Shown here piece by piece: positions 37,901-48,170 of a stretch of 56,025 nucleotides of DNA. The stretch lies in assembly GCF_001194135.2 (NCBI RefSeq), contig NC_069001.1, positions 9,682,750-9,738,774 on the forward strand, in the 5' to 3' direction. Under the pieces are notes generated by a model. The model saw only the letters and a program-made list of their open reading frames with translations. It searched no databases and had not been told where the DNA came from. The position numbers and the translations under genes are program-made. Positions within the stretch are counted from its first letter, which is position 1, and every line of letters starts with the position of its first letter. This stretch comes from Octopus bimaculoides (Eukaryota).

Positions 37901-39300
37901 AAAAAAAAAAAATGTAATGAGAGATCGAACCCGCATTGCGAAACTTGGTTTGCTCGATGAACTTACTGCCCATCCTCGCTGCTGGCTTAGTAATGTTATA
38001 TAAAGTCTATTAAATTACTTTATCGGTAGAAACCATTGTGGTGAGAAGAATTCTTTGAATCGGAACTACGCTAAATAAGTTTAATCCAAAAGGTTAACAT
38101 CAAGCAGTAGCTGAAATGTAGTGTAATTTCTCCTCTCTATCTTTATTCCAATAGAAATATCCACTGGAGGGGCCACTTGAATGTTTCTGTATTTACGGCA
38201 AATTTACAGAATGTACGGAGACGACAGCAATGTTGGGTAATATATGGAAATTTTCCGAAATTATAGATTTACGCGTTTTAATGTGTTTTTCTAATGCTTG
38301 TTACTGCTGTAGTTTATGAGTAATTTGTAACTCTTGGAAAGAGAGAGAAAAAAATGCCTTTGGCAACACATACTTTAAAAGTAAATGAGCAAAAGCTACA
38401 AGACCATTCTTCAACTCTGAACTATAACGAAAGAATTTCATTGTCGCGAATGGAAAGCAATAAGCAAGTATGCTTATATAGTGAACAAACAAACGAAAAA
38501 TGGGGGGGAAAAGAGAAGGAAAAACCGAAGAAAATAAACAAGAATAGAAAAGAAAAAAAAAAAATGAGCGTATATTTTACATTACGTCCAGATGTATTTT
38601 TCACGACGAAAAATATGTCGATTTATCAATAGGGCATTTTTTATCTGCTATTGAATAATAAGAGGTTCAAATGAAAATGGCGCAAAAATCACATTTTGAC
38701 CGCTAAGTAACCTCTGGTTTGCTTCAGAGGTAAAACCATCTTGATGCCACAAGAGGTCGGTGATGCGATGATGGACAATGTGGGGAAGGGGAGGGTGCTG
38801 GTAATGGCAAGAATGGTGAGTGGCCGGACTGAAGAAGAGAGGGAGAAAGAGAGAAATGAAAAATAAGTGGAAGAAAACGCGTGGCTTATACGACATTCGT
38901 GGAGCTTTTAGCCATTTTGTTATCAACCAAAGATCAGCCACCACCACTACTACTGTAATAACAGCAAAGCAACAACGACAACAATGATAATATAATAATA
39001 ATAATAAAAAAAAAATTACGCTTCGAAAAAGAAAAAAAAACACACCAGTTCGATATACGTATAGCAACTATACATAAAATGATAAAGCTTATATTCACCG
39101 TTCAAAACTGTAATCTTTAGTACGCAATATCACAATATAAACTTCGCCACCTTCACGATTTAAAGTCATGCAATATTACACGAAGTTTTCCGCGTTTCGT
39201 TTGCTTTACGTCAAGTTTAAGATACCGCTCCACCTGGAATTTCGACTAAACGAGGAGGAAGAATATTCTTGGGTGAGTGCGATGTGGGTTGGATGGATGG

Positions 39301-39336
<36 letters not shown>

Positions 39337-40299
39337 NNNNNNNNNNNNNNNNNNNNNNNNNNNNNNNNNNNNNNNNNNNNNNNNNNNNNNNNNNNNNNNN
39401 NNNNNNNNNNNNNNNNNNNNNNNNNNNNNNNNNNNNNNNNNNNNNNNNNNNNNNNNNNNNNNNNNNNNNNNNNNNNNNNNNNNNNNNNNNNNNNNNNNNN
39501 NNNNNNNNNNNNNNNNNNNNNNNNNNNNNNNNNNNNNNNNNNNNNNNNNNNNNNNNNNNNNNNNNNNNNNNNNNNNNNNNNNNNNNNNNNNNNNNNNNNN
39601 NNNNNNNNNNNNNNNNNNNNNNNNNNNNNNNNNNNNNNNNNNNNNNNNNNNNNNNNNNNNNNNNNNNNNNNNNNNNNNNNNNNNNNNNNNNNNNNNNNNN
39701 NNNNNNNNNNNNNNNNNNNNNNNNNNNNNNNNNNNNNNNNNNNNNNNNNNNNNNNNNNNNNNNNNNNNNNNNNNNNNNNNNNNNNNNNNNNNNNNNNNNN
39801 NNNNNNNNNNNNNNNNNNNNNNNNNNNNNNNNNNNNNNNNNNNNNNNNNNNNNNNNNNNNNNNNNNNNNNNNNNNNNNNNNNNNNNNNNNNNNNNNNNNN
39901 NNNNNNNNNNNNNNNNNNNNNNNNNNNNNNNNNNNNNNNNNNNNNNNNNNNNNNNNNNNNNNNNNNNNNNNNNNNNNNNNNNNNNNNNNNNNNNNNNNNN
40001 NNNNNNNNNNNNNNNNNNNNNNNNNNNNNNNNNNNNNNNNNNNNNNNNNNNNNNNNNNNNNNNNNNNNNNNNNNNNNNNNNNNNNNNNNNNNNNNNNNNN
40101 NNNNNNNNNNNNNNNNNNNNNNNNNNNNNNNNNNNNNNNNNNNNNNNNNNNNNNNNNNNNNNNNNNNNNNNNNNNNNNNNNNNNNNNNNNNNNNNNNNNN
40201 NNNNNNNNNNNNNNNNNNNNNNNNNNNNNNNNNNNNNNNNNNNNNNNNNNNNNNNNNNNNNNNNNNNNNNNNNNNNNNNNNNNNNNNNNNNNNNNNNNN

Positions 40300-40362
<63 letters not shown>

Positions 40363-40754
40363 TATTTGTGAAATAATACAATTTAGCATGAGCGACCTAA
40401 CATGTAGAACAAAGTGGACAGCCAATATATAGAATACTGCTCATGTTGAGCGTGCAGAGGTACGTTGACAGCGAACGCAATGTAACTGCCAGCGTCTACT
40501 GGATTCAAAAGAGCCAGTTGGATGTGTTAGCATCAAAATCAAAGATTTACTTAAGGGGACAGTGATTATATATCACCTGTGGAGATACAACTGGATCCTA
40601 TTATGCTATACAGGTAAACCGTTGCTTAATTTAAATCCTTTGTATTTATGTGGATCTATGCTGTATCGAAACACCTGTAGTGTTTGCTAAATTACTGTCT
40701 AAACGTACTCCTTATTGTTGACACTATTTTCACACACGATGAATGTCTTAAGAC

Positions 40755-43378
40755 TTATTTCTTTATTACGGCATATAGTCTAAAAAAGATGGGACATTAC
40801 AAGGACAGACAACACAAAACGTGGGGTACATAAAACGAATGATGAAATACGAAATGAAGTATTTAACAATGAAAGGATGCAATGGTTTACGAGCCCCACA
40901 AAGCTCGCAGTTCCATTTTACTGTTCTAATTATACATATTATTTATCAGTTTTATGTATTCCGTGAGGTCAACTAATTCCATAACATTAGGTAAATTATC
41001 GTTTTGGATATATATCCCGGTAGGTCTGACTCTGGTTCCAAATAATTCTATCAGCTTTTTCTTTTTCTCTTTCTCCAATAATACAGCTCTTTCATCGAGT
41101 TCAAACATCTCATAGTCCAATTTAATTCTTATGAAATTTTTCATTTTTGCCATATTACCTTCACATGGTCAATAATTCCATCAACTGAAAATTAGAGCTA
41201 ATTCTGATCTGTATTAACAGATACGGCCGGAGTAAGGCATCAGACGCGAACTCATTCATCATACAGCGCTACTAGATATCCAGGTTTTGTAATATAAATT
41301 TTCATTTTTCTATATCCTTGTCATATATCAAACATTGTTCTTAAATTCCGTCTAGCAGTCTTCCTTGTTTGTGATACATATTCCTCTCTCCTCCTTACTT
41401 TCTTCTACTTCTTTGTCGCTCTTTGCTCTTCGGTTTTTTTTTCTCCTGCTTGTTGTCGTCTCTGGTTCCAGTTCGAATCTCGTTCTCTTTTCCCTCTGCT
41501 ACTTGTTTCTTTTTCTCCACCTTTCTTTTCTTTGGATTTTTTGGTGGCGACTCCATTCTCGTTCTTTTTCTATCTGCCTCAGTTTCCTCCTCCTTCTCCA
41601 CTACTACTGCTTCTATCTCCATCTGCACTTGTTTACGATGGGAAGTATACCGTAATACTACCGGCTATTTAGTAATTCTAAGGGTTAACAAGCTCTATTC
41701 TGTTCTCTCATACGTTCCTAACGGAATAAATACACCTTAAATATAAATATATATATATATATATATGTGCATATATGCTTCTGGTAAATATCAATTAAAA
41801 TATGGATATACTCATATTGTGAGTTCTATATTTCATGTTTGCCCCAACATACCCGTATATATATGTATGATTTTATTCACCTTACTTCGCGCTGTGTGGA
41901 TAATACCGGACTGACTGTGCCTCAACTTAAGTACCTAAATCAACTGAATCTTATATATATATATATATATATATAAAGATTTACTTTTCGTAATGAGATA
42001 AAAAAAAAACCAAGGTTGCGTGCATTATAGAACATTTATAAATGTTCTTTCTATATTATACACAGCCTTGGTTTTTTTTATCTCATTACGAAAAGTAAAT
42101 CCTTATATTTACACCGACGCCAAGCACACACACACACAGTGAGGTCTCTGCATAGGAAAATATTTCTTTCCAAGCCACATACAAACTTCACATAAAAGTT
42201 CCTATTATACAGGTAAACCATTCCTTAATTTAAATCCTTTGTATCGATTTATGTATGTACATCTATGTTGTACATACATTTGAGTGTGTGTGTGTTTAAT
42301 TGTTTGTGTGTGTAATGTAGGTATTTGTGTGCGTTTCTGTTCGTTTGTGTGCGTGTCTGCATGTATATGTATATATATGAGTGGGTGGGTGTGCATTTTC
42401 CCTTTGTCCTGATATGTTAGCACAATTTGTAAAATCAACTGTAAATATTAATATTAATGGTGTTATCTCTATGAAAAAAAACCCCGAGGTGTTCGTTGTT
42501 CGACGGACAAGGCAAAACCTACAACTGTAAATTAAAATATCCCACAAGCTGAGAACTGTGACAGTTAGAACTTCCGATTGCAAAATCTCGCACCTAATAA
42601 AATATCCGTCTAATAAAAAAACAGATGCTAAACGAACGAACGAATACATAAAGGACAAGTTTATAAATATGGAAATAAAGTAAATATACAGGTAAATATA
42701 TATACACTTACCTAAGTATGGCAGGTTGATAAACGTCCAGGGAATAGAGAGAAATGTTGTTCTTCCTATCAATTTTTGTACATCTTCTGTAGTAGTTGAA
42801 AATTCTACTGCGTTTGAAGATTGTTTTTTACCTCCTTGTAAAAAGAGTTATTCACGGTTGACTACTTTAAACCTAGATTTCTGTACCTTCCAAAAGAAGA
42901 GCACCCACTGTGTGCCATTGAAGTGGCCAAGCCCCATGGCTGCTATGTCAGGTTGACATTCCTTGACCAATTAAGAGATTTTATTCCAACAAGGGAACTG
43001 TTCCCTTAGACACTCAAATAAAATATTTTCCCTTCTTCACTTCTCATCTTCCAACAGAAAACCGTGCAATCTTCATTGTTTCTGCCTTTTCTTTGTATGG
43101 AGGTTTACTAACGTTGGATGAGGACAAGGGAAGAGACGAGACGAGACGAAAAATATATATAAATATATGATTAATACACAGTCCTCCTTGTACAAGCGAG
43201 TCCCCACGTCCGCATCTGAGGCCAATCAACGAATCTCACCGAAGATTGAAACCACCAAAACCAGTAGAAGCATGTGTCCTCTCTCTCGATTGATATTCTC
43301 AGACCTGCCTCTTAGTGAAGCTGTACCAGTTCAGTGGTGAGCTCAGTCCCATACTCAGCCGTCAACTCTTCAATATAC
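40755..43378 (-). mobile_element. Decayed single-ORF non-LTR retroelement (ORF1-only, HAL1-like)
   Basis: Putative 5' UTR 43378-43110; degenerate reading frame 43107 to stop at 40926 (stops and frameshifts, K/E-rich linker, C-terminal KMKNFIRIKLDYEMFELDERAVLL..); ~170-bp 3' UTR ending AATAAAGAAATAA and homologous to the SINE-A long tail; no RT or endonuclease motifs seen. Confidence 0.55.
41976..42104. mobile_element. Small palindromic MITE inserted in (TA)n
   Basis: ~43-bp arms GATTTACTTTTCGTAATGAGATA(n)CCAAGG at 41976-42018 and 42063-42104; perfect 20-bp central palindrome AGAACATTTATAAATGTTCT at 42029-42048; TA flanks suggest Tc1/mariner. Confidence 0.8.
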
Positions 43379-43380
43379 GT

Positions 43381-44215
43381 CGCGAGCTGGCAGAAAAGTT
43401 AGCTCGCCGGGTGAAATGCTTAGTGGTATATCGTCTGCCGTTGCGTTTTGAGTTCAAATTCCGCCGAGGTTGAATTTGCTTTATCCTTTCGGGGTCGATT
43501 AAATAAGTACTAGTTATGCACTGGGGTCGATATAATTGACTTAATCCGTTTGTCTGTCCTTGTTTGTCTTCTCTGTGTGTTATTTCTTTACTACCCACAA
43601 GGGGCTACACACAGAGGGGACAAACAAAGACAGTGTGTAGCCCCTTGTGGGCAGAAATGCTTAGCGGCATTTTGTCTGCCGTTACGTTCTGAGTTCAAAT
43701 TCCACGTAAGTTGACTTTGCATTCATCTTTTCGGGGTCGATCTAATCGACTTAATCCCTTTGCCTCTCCTTGTTTGTCCCTTCTATGTTTGGCCCCTTGT
43801 GAGCAATAAAAGAGATAAGAAACGTTAGCACGCCTGGCGAAATGCTTAGCGGTATTTCGTCTGTCTTTACGTTCTTTTAAATTTCGCCGAGGTGGACTTT
43901 GCCTTTCATCCTTTCGAGGGGCGATAAATTAAGTACCAGTTGCGTACTGGTGTCAATCTAATCGACTGGCGCCCCTCTCAACATTTCGGGCTTTGTGCGT
44001 AGAGTAGAAAAGTATAATTGAAGGCGGCGAACCGGCAGAAACGTTAGCATGCCGGACGAAATGCTTAGAGGTATTTCGTCTGTCTTTACGTTCTCAGTTC
44101 AAATTTCGCCGAAGTCGACTTTGCCTTTCATCCTTTCGGAGTCGATAAATTAAGCACCAGTTGCGTTTTGGGGTCGATCTAATCGACTGGCCCCCTTCCC
44201 CAACGTTTCTTACTG
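43381..44215 (+). mobile_element. Cluster of four tandem or nested SINE-A copies plus one inverted tail
   Basis: Copies start at about 43381, 43650, 43818 and 44022; inverted 52-bp tail at 43581-43632. Confidence 0.88.
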
Positions 44216-44439
44216 TCTACTAGGTGTTTTGCTTCATATGGAAGTCGAGCTGAAAACATAACACGATTAATTCTTGGACAAAATCCCGATGATTTGTACC
44301 GTCATGATGACAATATATCTGAAGTCAGCAAGAAGTTGTGCCCCCCTCACAACCCCTCATGTTACACGTGCACGCATTTATTCCCATACGCACATACACA
44401 TATGCACACGTGTGTGTTGTGTGTGTGTGTGTGTGTGAG

Positions 44440-44620
44440 TGCGCGTATCTTTGTGGCTGTGTTTGTCCTTCAACATTTTCCATCACCGCTTAGCTGTTTT
44501 TTCGTGCTCGTAACCTAGTGATTCGGCAAAAGACACCGATACAGTAAGTACTGGGGTCAATTCAATCGACTAAAAATGCTTCATGTCGGTGCCCCACCAT
44601 GGCTTTAGTCTAATAACTTT
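44440..44620 (+). mobile_element. SINE-B 3' half, diverged
   Basis: CGTAACCTAGTGATTCGGCAAAAGACACCGATAC..CTGGGGTCAATTCAATCGAC..GGTGCCCCACCATGGC. Confidence 0.7.
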
Positions 44621-44632
44621 TTAAAAGAAACG

Positions 44633-46480
44633 ATGGGCTTCTTTCAGTTTCCGTCTACCAAATTCACTTAAGGTTTTGCTTGGCCCAAACTATAAGAAGA
44701 CTCTTGGAATTGAACCCAGGACCATGTGGTTGGAAAGCAAGCTTCTTAGCACATGACCACGCATGCGCCTATGCATACTAGTACAAATACGTCCTAAGAA
44801 GACTCTTGGGATTGAACCCAGGACCATGTGGTTGGAAAGCAAGCTTCTTAGCGCATAACCACGCATGCGCCTATGCATACTAGTACAAATACGTCCTAAG
44901 AAGACTCTTGGGATTGAACCCAGGACCATGTGCTTGGAAAGCAAGCTTCTTAGCGCATAACCACGCATGCGCTTATGCGTACTAGTACAAATACGTCCTA
45001 AGACTCTTGGGATTGAACCCAGGACCATGTTGTTGGAAAGCAAGCTTCTTAGCGCATAACCACGCATGCGCTTATGCATACTAGTATAAATACGTCCTAA
45101 GAAGACCCTTGGGATTGAAACCGGAACTCTGGCAAGCTTCTTAGCGCATAATCACGCATGCGCTTATGCATACTAGCACACATCCTACACACACACTAAT
45201 TCATAAAACAACAAATAATCACTTTAACATTTTTTATTTTCTTTAATATAAAAAATGGTTTCTGGTACACAAATTCACACAAAAGCAAATCACTTAAAAA
45301 TTCTTTATTTTCTGTAAAATATTAAAAATGGTGGTTTCTTGGCCTGAGGCTATAAGTAGAAGACTCTTGGAATTGGACCCGGAACTGATAATAAGACTTG
45401 CTTCTTAGCGCATAACCACGCATGCGCCTTATGTGATACGTCCTAAATGGTTTCTGGTACATAAATTCACACAAAACAAATCACTTAAAATTCTTTATTT
45501 TCTGTAAAATATTTAAAATGGTGGTTTCTTACCAGAGGCTATAAGTAGAAGACCTGGGATTGAACCCGGAACTGTGGTTGGAAAGCAAGCTTCANNNNNN
45601 NNNNNNNNNNNNNNNNNNNNNNNNNNNNNNNNNNNNNNNNNNNNNNNNNNNNNNNNNNNNNNNNNNNNNNNNNNNNNNNNNNNNNNNNNNNNNNNNNNNN
45701 NNNNNNNNNNNNNNNNNNNNNNNNNNNNNNNNNNNNNNNNNNNNNNNNNNNNNNNNNNNNNNNNNNNNNNNNNNNNNNNNNNNNNNNNNNNNNNNNNNNN
45801 NNNNNNNNNNNNNNNNNNNNNNNCCTTGGGATTGAAACCGGAACTCTGGCAAGCTTCTTAGCGCATAATCACGCATGCGCTTATGCATACTAGCACACAT
45901 CCTACACACACACTAATTCATAAAACAACAAATAATCACTTTAACATTTTTTATTTTCTTTAATATAAAAAATGGTTTCTGGTACACAAATTCACACAAA
46001 AGCAAATCACTTAAAAATTCTTTATTTTCTGTAAAATATTAAAAATGGTGGTTTCTTGGCCTGAGGCTATAAGTAGAAGACTCTTGGAATTGGACCCGGA
46101 ACTGATAATAAGACTTGCTTCTTAGCGCATAACCACGCATGCGCCTTATGTGATACGTCCTAAATGGTTTCTGGTACATAAATTCACACAAAACAAATCA
46201 CTTAAAATTCTTTATTTTCTGTAAAATATTTAAAATGGTGGTTTCTTACCAGAGGCTATAAGTAGAAGACCTGGGATTGAACCCGGAACTGTGGTTGGAA
46301 AGCAAGCTTCATAGCACATAACCACGCATGCGCCTATGCATGCTGGTACAAATACGTCCTACAAAACAAATTATCACTAATTCTTTTCTTTAAAATACAA
46401 ATTCACACAAAACAAATTTATCACTAAAAATTCTTTATTTTCTTTAAAATAATATTTAAAAATGGTGGTTTCTGGTTGGA
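44633..46480 (-). repeat. SINE-B-head-derived tandem array (102-bp monomers, then ~192-bp second-tier units)
   Basis: Monomers start at 44694, 44796, 44898, 45000 (99 bp) and 45099; later heads alternate with an AT-rich spacer (starts 45253 and 45445). The founder SINE body is at 44633-44770. Confidence 0.9.
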
Positions 46481-47839
46481 ACCCCCAGGTTTTCTGCACT
46501 GAAAGAGCCTGGCTAAGAGTTTATACGGTTACGTGACACAGCCCGGACACCTTGCAACTATGTTATGACACCAACCAGCATGTTGCAGAGGGTGTTTAAA
46601 AACTCAAAGGTTCATAAAACCGACAACATTATCGACTAGTAATTGTTTTTAACGACAGTTTCTATCTTGTTGATATGAAGCTAAAAATATACCTAATTTA
46701 ATTATGACGTAATAAAGTTATGCAAATGGCTGTAGATGCATGAATCGAATCGAGAAGCTATCGTCCTCGTGCGGTTTCCTAATACTTAAACAATGTCCCT
46801 GAAAATCACGTTTTAGTGATTTGACTGCCCAACCGTACTCCGTACCGGCTGTCTAACAACGAATCGACCGCCACCACCCAACGGAACCGAAAAACGACCA
46901 TCGGAAGATCCATATGCAGCTAGTCACGAATGGGTTGAGCAGCATCTAAAATAAGGTTAAGGGGTGGAACCTACGGAAAATGGAAAAAAAACCTAGCTCC
47001 TACTCCTTTGGAACTAATGATTCCCTACTCTAGGTAACTAAGGACCGCTCGAGTATACATAGCTCTGAAGGCCGATACCAGCTACTACAAGAAATGCATG
47101 TATTGTCTGTATCTGTGTTTGTGTATTTGCGTTGTGTATGCATGTGTGTGTATATGTGTTTTTGTGTGTGTGCATAAGTGTGTGTAAGTAGAATAAAATG
47201 CTTACCTATTTTAGACGTCGGTTCAATATCTCAATGCCAAAGGATTATCGACAAGAGTGTCTTATAAATCCGATGTTGGTGTCTGCTGAAGCATTGACGA
47301 TATGAAGATAAGCCGCTCTGCGCCTTCTATTTATAAGAAATTCGGCAATTATGACATCATTATGATGATGTCATAATGAACAATATCAACGTTTTTAATC
47401 TAAATATCCAAAAATATAAAAAATTGCCTCTCTTTTTGTCTCTCTCTCATTTTTTAAATTGAAAAATCAGCATTGAAGTGACGTCATAATACGATATTTT
47501 GCGAAATTTCCAAAATGTCTTCCTTCATGAAAATAATTAAATTAAAAAAAATATTTAGATATTTAATGTTATGAAAACATTTATTTCAAAAGCAAAATAA
47601 AAATACTACAATTGATAATATTAATAATAATAATAATAATCTTTGATTTAAGAACAGGGCAGAAAATTTAAGTGCGTAAGCTTAATTGTGGGGCGTCGCC
47701 TTGGGATGTATTTGTCGAATGAATCGACCACAGTGCTTATTATTTTAAGCCTGGTATTTATTGTATCGGTTTATTTTGCCGAACCGCTATCTATCTATCT
47801 ATTTTTCTATCTATCTAACTAACAATTTTAGCAAATCAG

Positions 47840-48170
47840 TCAGTAATATAATCTCTCATTGTTTACGACTTCTTGTCAAAGATCAGCGAACTCATCAATG
47901 CTTTGACCGTACGAATTATCGGGTCGTGACTCGGGAGGAGTCATCGATCCACATTTTCAGCTCTGCGTCGTTGTTGAACGAAACACCTCGTAAAATTGTT
48001 TGAGAGAGACTAAGAAACGAAATAACCTGAAGGCACTCTATGGGGGAAATATTGGAAGGACGGTAGAATTTCCCAGCCAAGCTCATGAACGGCGATTTGG
48101 TTCGTCTTAGCGACAGATATGTGATTATTGTCGTGTTGAAGAAGCCCACTATGTCCGGTCGAGACACTTG
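47840..48170 (-). pseudogene. Mariner (DD34D) transposase C-terminal remnant
   Basis: Across frameshifts reads LLQHDN..ELGWEILP..YFPHRVPSGY (degenerate YSPDLAPSDY)..SLSN/LRGVSFNNDAELKMWIDD/ESRPDNSYGQSI..*QEVVNNE. Confidence 0.8.

Noticed and set aside
38710-38732. ACCTCTG/CAGAGGT hairpin
   Set aside because: A 7-bp stem is expected by chance in 56 kb.
41158-41186. Additional acceptor and donor inside the single-ORF element
   Set aside because: They would define an implausible ~26-nt exon within otherwise continuous coding-like sequence; likely chance.
44690-45079. Repetitive 129-aa ORF, or a CRISPR-like reading of the array
   Set aside because: The peptide is a by-product of the 102-bp (multiple of 3) unit. 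There are no unique spacers or cas genes, and the unit is SINE-derived eukaryotic DNA.
45107-46311. 488-bp exact repeat (45107-45594 and 45824-46311) as a third-tier unit
   Set aside because: Identical and gap-flanking, so it cannot be distinguished from an artefact without long reads. The monomers outside it are still supported.
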